From Candidatus Marinacidobacterales bacterium (GTDB lineage Bacteria > Acidobacteriota > Vicinamibacteria > Marinacidobacterales > SMYC01), in the NCBI GenBank assembly GCA_965237955.1, contig OZ250169.1, positions 7,360,001-7,424,000 of the forward strand: a stretch of 64,000 nt of DNA. Reading direction: 5' to 3'. Both the position numbers and the translations under genes were made by a program. The notes under the pieces are model-generated. The model saw only the letters and a program-made list of their open reading frames with translations. It had not been told where the DNA came from and did no database searches. Numbering within the stretch: position 1 is the first letter of the stretch; the number at the start of each line of letters is the position of its first letter. Of the stretch, positions 52,935 through 62,436 are shown one piece after another.

Positions 52935-54698
52935 TCACCTTAATTTGACAATATCCGTCGCTCCGCTTCCGCCGGCGACCCAGCCGAAGGTGGTGCTCGC
53001 TCCCGCCACAGCAGCCCGCCCGGCGAGGGGCCCGGTGATCCGCGGTCCAGAGGTGTCCTCGTGGACCGTCAGCCGCACGTTCGCGGCCTGGCCGGTCCAC
53101 TCGTCGATGCGGCCGCTGGGCCAATAGACGGTGACCACGTCCGCGGTCGCCGCCGCGTCGAGGCCGAAGTGCAACACGCCGGAGTCCTGCCCGTGGCCGG
53201 TGCCGCTGGTCACCTGGCGCATCATCGTGAGACCGCGCGCCTCCACGACCACGAGGGCGCCGATCGCATCCCGGTTGCTGCCGTTCGCGGTCGGACCGGC
53301 GCCCCGCAGCTTCAGCTGCAGCCAGTTGCCCGCGCCGGTGGTCTGGTTCTCGTAGAGGACGAGCTCTCCGTCTTGCGGGACCATCGCGATGTCGAGGTCG
53401 CCGTCCATGTCGAAGTCCGCGAGCGCGCTGCCGCGGGCGATCTCGTTCAGCGTGAACCCGGCGGCGACGGAGATGTCCGTGAAGGTCCCGTCCTGGTCGT
53501 TGCGGAAGAAGAGGTCCGGTGCACCCATTATGCCGACATAGAGATCCTCGTAGCCGTCGTTGTCGACGTCGAGGAAGTTCACACCCCAGGAGCTATCGGC
53601 CACGATGCCCGCCGGCTGGGCGGTGTCGTCCTGGAAGACGATGCCATTGCCGGTGCCGAGGTGGAGCGGATTGCCGAAGGGGGTGGCTCCCGTGTCGTGT
53701 GCCTGGCCCCCGATGTCCGTGATGTAGACGTCCCAGTCGCCGTCCAAGTCGATGTCGCCCACGGCGATGCCCATCGCGCCGCCCGAGTCGTCCCCGACGC
53801 CCACCGAGTCCGCCGTGCGATCGACGAAGGTGCCGTCGCCCCGGTTCTGGAAGATCTTGTCTTCGGCGTACCCGCGATCAGTGGTGTTGCCGACCCACAG
53901 GTCCGGCCAGAGGTCCTGGTCGAGGTGCGCACCGACGGTCGCGAGGCAGGGACGGAAGGCGTCGCGGTCAGTGCCGCTGTCCACACCACCGGACGCGGTC
54001 ACGTCTTCGAAGGTGCCATCGCCATTGTTGTGGTAGAGGCGGTCGCGGATGGCCGGGTCTCCGCCCCCGCCTCGCGGCCAGTGGCAGACGTAGAGGTCGA
54101 GGAACCCGTCGCGGTCGTAGTCGAGGAAGGAGGCGCCGGTCGATCGGTAGGCCGGGGGACTGGCCAGCGGGTTAGAGAGGTCGTCCACGCCGGCTGCGGC
54201 CGCCACGTCCTCGAAGAGCGGCGTGCTCTCGGCGCCCCCATTCTCCACCCACAGGTTCCGCAGCAGGATGTTCGGAGGGCCGGTGTTCCCGACTCCGGTA
54301 ATGCCGTTGTCGGTGGAGATGTAGATGTCGGGGTCACCGTCGTCGTCGTAGTCGCCGAACGTGGATTCCATCAGGTCGACGTTCGGGAGGGCCGGAAGCA
54401 GGTCGTCGACGCGCGTGAAGTTCCCGCCGCCGTCGTTGCGGAACAGGTGCGCGGTGAGGCCGATGCCGTTCGTCAGGAACAGGTCGGGGAGGCCGTCATC
54501 GTTGTAGTCGATCCAGCTCGGGCCGAGCCCGTGGTCCGAGCCGGCGCGGTAGGTATCTCCTTTGATCCCCTTGGCGGCGCTCACGTCGGAGAAAGCAATC
54601 TGCGCTGCTGCCTCGGTGGACACACCGAGAGCGGCCATCAGGCCGAAGGCGCAGAGAACAGAAGCACTACGAACAGAACGATGGATCGGGTTACACAT
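52935..54698 (-). CDS. CRTAC1-like FG-GAP repeat / ASPIC-UnbV protein (C-terminus possibly truncated)
   Basis: Signal peptide; DYNDDGLPDL, DYDRDGFLDL, DIDLDGDWD repeats; NWLQLKL..NRDAIGA..LHFGL..VYWPSG. Confidence 0.88.
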   Translation of the reverse strand: MCNPIHRSVRSASVLCAFGLMAALGVSTEAAAQIAFSDVSAAKGIKGDTYRAGSDHGLGPSWIDYNDDGLPDLFLTNGIGLTAHLFRNDGGGNFTRVDDLLPALPNVDLMESTFGDYDDDGDPDIYISTDNGITGVGNTGPPNILLRNLWVENGGAESTPLFEDVAAAAGVDDLSNPLASPPAYRSTGASFLDYDRDGFLDLYVCHWPRGGGGDPAIRDRLYHNNGDGTFEDVTASGGVDSGTDRDAFRPCLATVGAHLDQDLWPDLWVGNTTDRGYAEDKIFQNRGDGTFVDRTADSVGVGDDSGGAMGIAVGDIDLDGDWDVYITDIGGQAHDTGATPFGNPLHLGTGNGIVFQDDTAQPAGIVADSSWGVNFLDVDNDGYEDLYVGIMGAPDLFFRNDQDGTFTDISVAAGFTLNEIARGSALADFDMDGDLDIAMVPQDGELVLYENQTTGAGNWLQLKLRGAGPTANGSNRDAIGALVVVEARGLTMMRQVTSGTGHGQDSGVLHFGLDAAATADVVTVYWPSGRIDEWTGQAANVRLTVHEDTSGPRITGPLAGRAAVAGASTTFGWVAGGSGATDIVKLR

Positions 54699-54960
54699 TT
54701 TACTTCTGCTTTTACTTCTGCTTCCTCTCAACAATCAGTTGGCACACACGTTGGGTTCCGCCGGGGCTAGATATTCCGGCTGAAATCCAGCCTGTTACGG
54801 ACACTCGACTATACGTGGGGGACCCCCTCCGTGTCAAAAAAAAATCTCTGCACAAGCGACGCAAAAAACCCTCAGCCAGCTTTGGAGGCGAAAAAAACAC
54901 GCAAGTTCGACGAAGTGGACGGCTCGCGTGGGGCCGAAAGACCCGGACGCTTTCGAGCCG

Positions 54961-55093
54961 CTAGTCCCCTGTATCAGAACAAACTAGATAAAGCAGAGCT
55001 TGCCGAAACACTTCTAAGTGCATGAATCTTATGAATCTTATGGGCTGGCGAAAAGCCTAACTTTGTATAGTAATCAAAGATCCATGGGACTAG
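54961..55093 (-). mobile_element. 133-bp MITE type 1, copy b
   Basis: Reverse complement of 35165-35297 with a couple of substitutions. Confidence 0.88.
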
Positions 55094-55538
55094 GGCTCTA
55101 CGATGTTCGTGTCGAGAGCCGGCCGCAGGAGGTGCGACTCGTTCTCCTCGACGGCCTGAATGTAGTATCGCATCGCGACCAGGACCGGCACCTCCTGCCG
55201 ATCGTACACCTCGCCCTGAAGCAGCTGCAGGACCTGATGCCGGTGCTTCTTCGACTGGATGAAGCGCGTGAACAGCGGCAGGAGCTTGTAGTAGAGGCAG
55301 ATGAACTCGTACCAGATGGAGGTCCCGCGACGCAACTTCTCCTCGTAGGGCCGTAGGGCTTCGGCGCTGAGGTCACCGGACTCCAGGCATCCGATCAGTT
55401 GCTCGGATGCGAACTGGGCCGAAGACAGCGCGACGCTCACGCCGGAGGAGAAGATCGGATCCACGAAGCGAGCGGCGTCGCCGATCAGCATGAAGCCATT
55501 GCCGACGAACTGCTTCATCGCGTAGCTGTAGTCGGACA
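55090..55538 (-). pseudogene. C-terminal fragment of an FAD-dependent halogenase-like oxidoreductase
   Basis: DYSYAMKQFVGNGFMLIGDAARFVDPIFSSGVSVAL; no GxGxxG N-terminus. Confidence 0.8.
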
Positions 55539-55991
55539 GATAGGAGCTTGTAACCCTGGGCCCCGGGAAGCACGAGCCGGAAAACACCTCGAGGAGTCGA
55601 ACTTCCGCGGGTGATGAGCCCGGTGAAGCTGAAATCGTGCGAACGCGGGTCGAGGGGAAGAGGAATCCGTGTTTTCTCGAGGCTGGAGGCACACGGGTGG
55701 CGTGCCCTGGGGTGATGCTCAGTGAACGAAGGTCTCCTCGGGAGTCGGGGGAGCTCGTGGACGCGAAGTCTTTCGGTCGAGATGGCCCAAGACTCTCTTG
55801 ATGACGGAGGCCTCAGTGATGAAGGCGAGGATCTTCATCGGAGCGCCACACCGGGTACAGGTCAAAGGGTCGACCTCGTAGACCCGTCGAATGAGGCGCA
55901 CCCAGCTTCTCCTCAGGGCGGCGCGCTTTTGCGGTGAAGGAGGCGGTTCATCCTGAGGTTTCTTGCTGTACGGATCGGCAACAGGATTCAT
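55539..55991 (-). mobile_element. IS91-like 3' remnant (third type) with probable element end
   Basis: SWVRLIRRVYEVDPLTCTRCGAPMKILAFIT..RAPP, then ~180 bp non-coding ending TTACAAGCTCCTATC at the halogenase junction. Confidence 0.7.
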
Positions 55992-56272
55992 CTTTGGAGC
56001 TCCCGAACCGAGGTGATTCAGGAAAGCTTCACGTAGACGACTTCATATTCCCGGCCTGGCAGGTGTAAGGATCGGCGCCCGCGTCATACGAAGGTTGAAA
56101 CGGCCCGGTCGGTTTTGCCACCCACTCGCGCGCTTGTCTCGGATCCTGAAAAATCGACGCGGATGAGGGGGTGGGACCCCCTTTCTGGTCTGAACCCCCC
56201 GGGGGGGGTGGGCAACGGTATGGCCTGCCGGCGGGAGTGGCGCCCGCTAGCGGATCAAGCTAGTCTCCGACA

Positions 56273-59200
56273 ATGATCACGGCCAAGCTGTCCGCTTTCG
56301 CACTGCTCGTGGTGACCTGCACGGCAGTAGGCGCCGGTGGCGAAACGGTGCCGGCTCCGGCCACCGCGACCGCTTCGACCGACGACGTGATAACGGTCGC
56401 CGCCGATCAGGCCCACCGCAACCTGTTCATCGAAGACCGCTACCCGTCGGCCCAGCAATGCCGCACCTGCCACACCGAGCACTACCAGGAGTGGTCGATC
56501 TCGCAGCATGCCTACGCCCAGTTGAGCCCGGTGTTCAACGCCATGCAGGCCAAGATCTTTCAACTCACCAACGGCACCAACGGTGACTTCTGCATCCGCT
56601 GCCATACGCAAGTCGGAATGAACATCGGCGAGCCGGTGTTCATGAGCAACCTGGATCGAAACCCGGTCTCGCGCGAGGGGGTTACTTGCGTCGTTTGCCA
56701 TCGGATGGATCGAGCCTACGGTAAAGTCAGCGGACGGCTGGCTCTGATCGAAGGCGATATCCATACGCCGGTGCGCGGCCCGACCGGCAACGAAGAGCTC
56801 AAGCGGGTGCTCGAAAACCCCGATCGCTACAAAGTCGTGACGCGTCGCGAGGAGCAGGGCCGGCGGATTCATGCCGTCGTCGTCCCATTCTTCGAGCTGA
56901 CCAGTCCCGGCTTCTGCGGCGGCTGCCATGACGTCAACCTGGTCAACGGCTTTCGCCTCGAGGAAGCGTTCAGTGAATACAAAATCTCCCCGGCGGCGAA
57001 ACGCGGCGACACTTGCCAAGACTGCCACATGGGCAAAGCGCCGGGCTTGCCGTCGGGCTACCGGCAAGCGCCGGCGGCGGTCATCGGTGGTGTCCCCACC
57101 CGAGTGCGCAAACGCACCAACCACTCCTGGGTCGGCCCGGACCACTCGGTGATCCACCCGGCGCTTTTCCCGCACAACCCCGAGACGCAGAAGTTGGCCA
57201 CCCTAAGAGAGTGGCTCCTGTTCGACGACGACGCCGGCTGGGGAACAGACGCGTTCGAAGACAACGTCGCTAGTGGTCAGACGTTTCCCGAGCGCTGGTC
57301 CGATGCCGAAGACCGCTACGAAGCCCGCGAATTGCTCGACCAACAACATCGACGGTTGGCCGAGATCGGCCTTGAGCGAGCTAAGCTTTTGCGCGTCGGC
57401 TATCTCCTCGGCAAAGTCGTCGTCGAGCCGGTCGACAACAAGGGCCTGCGCTTTCGGGTCCAGGTCAAGAACGGCACCGACGGCCATAACGTCCCGACCG
57501 GCTTCAGCGCCGAGCGCCTCGTCTTTCTCCAGGTGCGCGTTACCGATGCCGCAGGCGAAGTCGTTTTCCAGTCGGGCGATCTCGATCCCAATGGTGACGT
57601 CCGTGACTCGCACTCGACCTACGTCCATAAGGGCCGGCTGCCGTTGGACAAGCAGCTGTTCAGCCTGCAGTCGCGCTTCTTGACCCGCAACATACGCGGC
57701 GGCGAGCGCGAGCAGGTCCTGCCTATCAACCAATCGCTCGATCCGCTCCCCTTCATTCGACCCGAGGTGCGCTCGACCATTCTTCTCGGCCGCCCGCTCG
57801 AAGCCCGTATCCATAAGAAGGGGATCGAGCCCTTGGGCGATCGCTGGGCCCAATACGAGGTCAAGCACAAAGCGCTCACTGGCGACGGACCGTATCGGAT
57901 CAACGTCAAGCTCATCGCCGGCATGGTACCGATCAACCTCATTCATGAGATTCAAGACGTCGGCTTCGATTACGGCCTAAGCGCCAAGACCATCGCCGAC
58001 CGGATTCTCAAAGGGCACATCGTTCTCTGGGAGCGCGACCTGACCACCGACTCCGGGGCACGTGGTGAGGAGAGGAAGGGTAGAGAAGTGCGCGCCCTCC
58101 TAGCCACCGTCGTCACCGCCGGCCTTTCTCTTTCCTCTGCCTTCGCCGGCGAGACGGCCGATGTCTCGTCACAGCCGATTCCACTTCAGACCGAACAAAG
58201 CCCGAACCGGCCGAAGCCGATTGTGGAGCTCGGCAATCCGTTTCTCGCGCAAGGCCTCATCGGGCCGGGCTTCACGCTCCCGACCGGCGCCACCTGGCAA
58301 CCGGCGCTCCTCGTCTTCGGCTCCTATCGCTCGGCGATGCAAACGTTCGACACCGAGGGCGGTAACGTCTCCGAGTGGTCGAATCGCCTCGATCTGTTCG
58401 CCAATCTCACCCTCACTGGAACCGAGCGGGTGCTCCTCGGACTTCGGCCGCTGGATCGAACCTCTCTTGAAGAAGCACTCATCGACGGCGAAGACGGCCT
58501 TTTCACCGGCTATCAGTTCGGTGAATCCGAAGCCGATGGCTGGCGCGAGAACTGGAACCTGCGAGTACAAACCCTGTTCTTCGAAGGCGACTTCGGCGAG
58601 ATCTTCCCGGGCCTCGATCGCGCCGACAACCGCCCGCTCGACATTGGCTTCTCGGTCGGACGCCAGCCCTTGTTCTTTCAAGAGGGCCTTTTAATCGACG
58701 ATTCGGTCGACGCGTTTGGCATCACCCGCAACACCCTGCGCCCGTCGGGCACCTCCAACGTTCGCCTGACCGGCCTGTTCGGCTGGGGCAACCTTCACCG
58801 GGACAACGGCCTAGAGGATCGGAAAGCGTCGCTCTACGGTGTATTCACTGAAGTCGACATGCCGACGAGCACCCTCAACTTCGACCTGGCCTACGTTCAT
58901 GGCCGCGACTCGAGCCTCCACGGCGGCTTCAGCGCGGTGCAACGCATCGCTCAGATCAATACGGCCCTGCGCGCCCTTTTCTCGTTCCCGTTCGATAAGG
59001 AGGTAGCGCGTTCCTTCCTCGACGACCCGGGGGTAACCGTCGGTCGCGGCACGCTCCTGTTTGCCGAACTTTCCTGGACGCCGACTGCGACGCATGATCT
59101 TCTCTACCTGAACGGCTTCGGAGCCTTTGGCAACTACTCAGCCATCGCCCGCGACCCGCTGAATGGGGGTGGTCTCGCCCGGACCGGGATTCTCTTCGCC

Positions 59201-59545
59201 TCCGCCGGCGTTGGTGACATTGGTGCCGCCCTCGACGCCCGGCCGCATGCTAGCTTCGGCGGCGCCATCGGCTACCAGAAGCTGTTTCATGGCGGCCGCC
59301 GGCAACTGGTGGGAGAGCTCGGCCTGCGCTCCGAAACGTCCGATAACCGGGATAGACGCGATCGCGGAACGACGGCCGCTGCTTTAGGGGCTCGCTATCA
59401 ACAGGCCCTCGGCCGCCGGTTCATCGTCCGCGTGGACGGTTTCACCACTCGGGAGGAGCGCTTCGGCGGATATACGCTGAGTGAGGGATTCACGATCCGC
59501 AAGTTCCACTTCGGCGGCCGCCTGGAGCTCCTGGTCAAGTTTTAA
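56273..59545 (+). CDS. Pentaheme cytochrome c (aa 1-605) in frame with outer-membrane beta-barrel/porin (from GTG 58088)
   Basis: Signal peptide; CRTCH, CIRCH, CVVCH, CGGCH, CQDCH; GHNVPTG; internal second signal peptide; amphipathic beta strands ending RLELLVKF. Confidence 0.8.
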   Translation: MITAKLSAFALLVVTCTAVGAGGETVPAPATATASTDDVITVAADQAHRNLFIEDRYPSAQQCRTCHTEHYQEWSISQHAYAQLSPVFNAMQAKIFQLTNGTNGDFCIRCHTQVGMNIGEPVFMSNLDRNPVSREGVTCVVCHRMDRAYGKVSGRLALIEGDIHTPVRGPTGNEELKRVLENPDRYKVVTRREEQGRRIHAVVVPFFELTSPGFCGGCHDVNLVNGFRLEEAFSEYKISPAAKRGDTCQDCHMGKAPGLPSGYRQAPAAVIGGVPTRVRKRTNHSWVGPDHSVIHPALFPHNPETQKLATLREWLLFDDDAGWGTDAFEDNVASGQTFPERWSDAEDRYEARELLDQQHRRLAEIGLERAKLLRVGYLLGKVVVEPVDNKGLRFRVQVKNGTDGHNVPTGFSAERLVFLQVRVTDAAGEVVFQSGDLDPNGDVRDSHSTYVHKGRLPLDKQLFSLQSRFLTRNIRGGEREQVLPINQSLDPLPFIRPEVRSTILLGRPLEARIHKKGIEPLGDRWAQYEVKHKALTGDGPYRINVKLIAGMVPINLIHEIQDVGFDYGLSAKTIADRILKGHIVLWERDLTTDSGARGEERKGREVRALLATVVTAGLSLSSAFAGETADVSSQPIPLQTEQSPNRPKPIVELGNPFLAQGLIGPGFTLPTGATWQPALLVFGSYRSAMQTFDTEGGNVSEWSNRLDLFANLTLTGTERVLLGLRPLDRTSLEEALIDGEDGLFTGYQFGESEADGWRENWNLRVQTLFFEGDFGEIFPGLDRADNRPLDIGFSVGRQPLFFQEGLLIDDSVDAFGITRNTLRPSGTSNVRLTGLFGWGNLHRDNGLEDRKASLYGVFTEVDMPTSTLNFDLAYVHGRDSSLHGGFSAVQRIAQINTALRALFSFPFDKEVARSFLDDPGVTVGRGTLLFAELSWTPTATHDLLYLNGFGAFGNYSAIARDPLNGGGLARTGILFASAGVGDIGAALDARPHASFGGAIGYQKLFHGGRRQLVGELGLRSETSDNRDRRDRGTTAAALGARYQQALGRRFIVRVDGFTTREERFGGYTLSEGFTIRKFHFGGRLELLVKF

Positions 59546-59558
59546 ATGCGCTTCGTGT

Positions 59559-60593
59559 ATGATTCTCGATTCCGTGCCCCACCAAGACTGCGGCCCGCGC
59601 CGCAGGCGGATTCCAAACGTGGCTAGGCTTGTCGCCGCTCCCCTCATCCTCGTCATGATGGGTACATCCTTCGCCGCCAACGATCCGAAGAAGGTCGTTG
59701 GCCCGGAGCAGTGTGTCGAGTGCCACATGTTGGAGCTCCCGGTGCTCGAGCGGAGCCATCACTACCGTGGCTTCTTCACCATGCACCGCCAGCTCGAAGC
59801 CAAGGAGATCGGCAAGCGCCTCGGCATCCGCCGGGTCAAGCGTGACCCGCTCTGTCAGAGCTGTCACTACACCGCGAAAGAGGTCGACGGCAAGGTCAAA
59901 CCGATCTCGGGCGTGAGTTGTGAGTCCTGTCACGGCGCGGCTCGCGACTGGCTCGAAGTCCACAGCGACTCCGGCGAGGCCGAGACCGAGTCGGAAGCAC
60001 ATCAAAAACAGCGCCGCGACAACAGCGCCGAGGCAGGGATGACCGCGCCGTTTTGCGTCTACGGCCTGGTCAGCAAGTGCTACGGCTGCCACACCGTCGC
60101 CGACGAGCGGCTGGTGAACATCGGTGGACACCCGTCTGGAAGCGCCTTCGAGTTGGTGGCTTGGAGCCAAGGCGAGATCCGTCACAACTACTTCTACTCG
60201 AAAGACAAGAAGAATCGCGAAGCGTCAGCGGAGCGCAAGCGGGTGCTCTACGTGCTCGGTCGCGCGCTCGAGCTCGAGCACGCTTTGCGGGCATTGGCCA
60301 AGGCGTCGCACGACGGCGAATACGGCCGGGCCATGCACGAGCGCGCCAAAAAAGCGATCGAAGCGCTGCGCTTGGTGCACAAGCGAGCCCCACTGAAAGA
60401 GCTCGAAAAGATGCTGCGACTGGTCGACGGCCTGACCATCGAGCTCGGTCAGGGGGAGACTCTGGTTGCGGCGGCGGACAGGCTGCAGCCGCTTGCCCGC
60501 TACTTGGGCGAGCATACCGACGGCGCCCTTCTCGCTCCGATCGACGACCTGCTCCCGAAGCGCTCCTCATACCGCGGCAAAGCCCTTCCGTAG
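59559..60593 (+). CDS. Tetraheme cytochrome c (c554-like)
   Basis: Hydrophobic leader; CVECH, CQSCH, GVSCESCHG, CYGCH; GGHPSGSAFELVAWSQGEIRH. Confidence 0.88.
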   Translation: MILDSVPHQDCGPRRRRIPNVARLVAAPLILVMMGTSFAANDPKKVVGPEQCVECHMLELPVLERSHHYRGFFTMHRQLEAKEIGKRLGIRRVKRDPLCQSCHYTAKEVDGKVKPISGVSCESCHGAARDWLEVHSDSGEAETESEAHQKQRRDNSAEAGMTAPFCVYGLVSKCYGCHTVADERLVNIGGHPSGSAFELVAWSQGEIRHNYFYSKDKKNREASAERKRVLYVLGRALELEHALRALAKASHDGEYGRAMHERAKKAIEALRLVHKRAPLKELEKMLRLVDGLTIELGQGETLVAAADRLQPLARYLGEHTDGALLAPIDDLLPKRSSYRGKALP

Positions 60594-60705
60594 CAGGCTG
60601 AAACGCGAACTGCCTGCGCTTTGCACACCTCATCAAGCGCCGACCCTTTCAAGCCGATACCTCTCAGTAAGACCGGATACCTCTCAGTAAGAAAGGTCGA
60701 TTCCT

Positions 60706-60883
60706 GTGTCCTCGCCTGAACAGTCGGCAAAGCCTGCCGGCGTTGAAAACCCGAGTGTCCCCGCCGTCGGTACGGTTCTAGAAAACCGCTATGAGCTGTT
60801 GCAGCTCGTCGGTCATGGCGGCATGGGCGCGGTCTACCGGGTGCAAGACCGGACGGAGGATCGTACGCTCGCGCTCAAGCTCG
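60706..60883 (+). pseudogene. Ser/Thr protein kinase N-terminal fragment
   Basis: RYELLQLVGHGGMGAVYRVQD..LALK, cut by a mobile element end. Confidence 0.8.
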
Positions 60884-61345
60884 TGAGGTCAAAATACTCA
60901 TGCGGATTCCCGGTGGTAGAAACGGAGCAACCCGCCAAGCCGTTCACGGGAGCACACCTTGCCCTCGGACTGATATAACTGCTCGCTGGCTGGGAACAGC
61001 AGCAGATTCTCTTTGCCTTGATGATTCCTCTCGTGGTGATGGTGGACGACGTACTCCCTAAGCGCATGACGAAGCGACTTCTCGCCCAACAGGATGAGCT
61101 TCGAGAGACATTCCTCTTTGACTGACTTCACCCAACGCTCCGCGAACGAGTTCAAATCCCGACTCCGTGCGGGCAGCTTGACAGGCGTGACGCCGACCGC
61201 CTCAATGGTGAGCCGGAAAGACTCGCAGTACTTGGAGTCCCGGTCGTGAATGAGGTATCGGCTTGAGGACAGAAAGCCGACATCGGCCATGGTCACGTTG
61301 CGGGCCACTTTAATCATCCACGGTTCGTTCGGATGCGGCGTGATG
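60884..61345 (-). mobile_element. rve-integrase-core transposase 3' fragment with right end
   Basis: YLIHDRDSKY..NSFAERWVKSVKEECL..ERNHQG..RERLGGLLRFY*, then GTATTTTGACCTCAC. Confidence 0.8.
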
Positions 61346-62436
61346 CTGCCTTGGTGCACAACTCGCGATCTCGGTCCACAATTGTCCTTTACTCACGGAT
61401 TCGAGGTTCCCCATGAGCATTTTCAAACGCACTCAGCGGAAGTATGTGAAGAAGGCCTATCGCGTGAGGAATTGGCGTGAATATGAGGCGGGTCTACGCA
61501 ACCGTGGGAGCCTGACCGTCTGGATCTCGCTCACCGCCGGCAAGCTTGTGAACTGGGACGCGCCCCGGCCGAGGAGGAGGAAACCGGGCCGTCAACGCAA
61601 GTACTCGAACCACGCCATCGAGACGGCTGTCACCCTGGGCATGGTGTTTCATCTGTCATCTAGGCAGAGCGAGGGATTGCTGCGATCGTTGTTCGCTCTG
61701 ATGAAGCTAGACTAATGATGTGCCCGATCACACCACGATCTCGAGGCGCAAGGCGAAGCTGGGTAAGGTCCCCTTCTTACCAAGACAAGCAGAAGACGCC
61801 GTTGCACATCTTGATCGACAGCAGCGGTCTCGCTGTCCACGCCGGCCAGCTGCGCAGAGCACCAAAGAGCAGGGACTATCGCAAGCTCCATCTGTGTGTC
61901 GACGAGCAGAGTGGCGAAGTCGTCGCCGGCGAGCTGACGAGCAAAAGAGCCCGCGATTCATCGCGGGTTGCATCGCTTGTCGGACAGATCGACAGTCCCA
62001 TCTCATCGGCCAGAGCTGACACCGCATACGACGCCGGCGGCGTCTATGAGGCGATCGAGAATCACAGCGCTCATCGCTCGCCGAGGGTGCTGATACCGCC
62101 GCGCAAGGGCGCCCAGCTCGCATCGGGGCCGGCGAGCAGCCGACAGCGCAATCGCAACATTGCAGCACAAGATCGGCTCGGCAAACGAAAGTGGCACACA
62201 GAATCGGGCTACAGCAAACGGAGCAAAGTCGAGACAACGTTCCATCGCTACAAGGCTATCGTGGGCTCAGCGATGCGAGCGAGAGGGTTGGCGGCACAGA
62301 GAGTCGAGGCAAGGATCGGGTGCAAGATTCCCAACACCATGACGGCGCTCGGGATGCCTGATAGCGAGATGATCGGATGATGGGAGTCGGGGCCAAGCGA
62401 GCTCTCGGCCTCTATCGGAGTTGTGCACCAAGGCAG
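61346..62436 (+). mobile_element. IS5/IS903-group element, copy 2 (two 1-bp insertions in transposase)
   Basis: Near-identical to 26983-28071; extra T near 61713 and near 61777. Confidence 0.92.

Noticed and set aside
55090-55692. Halogenase as a sign of a biosynthetic cluster
   Set aside because: Only a C-terminal fragment; the ORF's N-terminus is IS91-like non-coding DNA and no biosynthetic genes are adjacent.
60655-60692. Duplication of GATACCTCTCAGTAAGA (20-bp period); also a 12-bp duplication at ~54699-54723
   Set aside because: Only two units each; most simply slippage or an insertion footprint.
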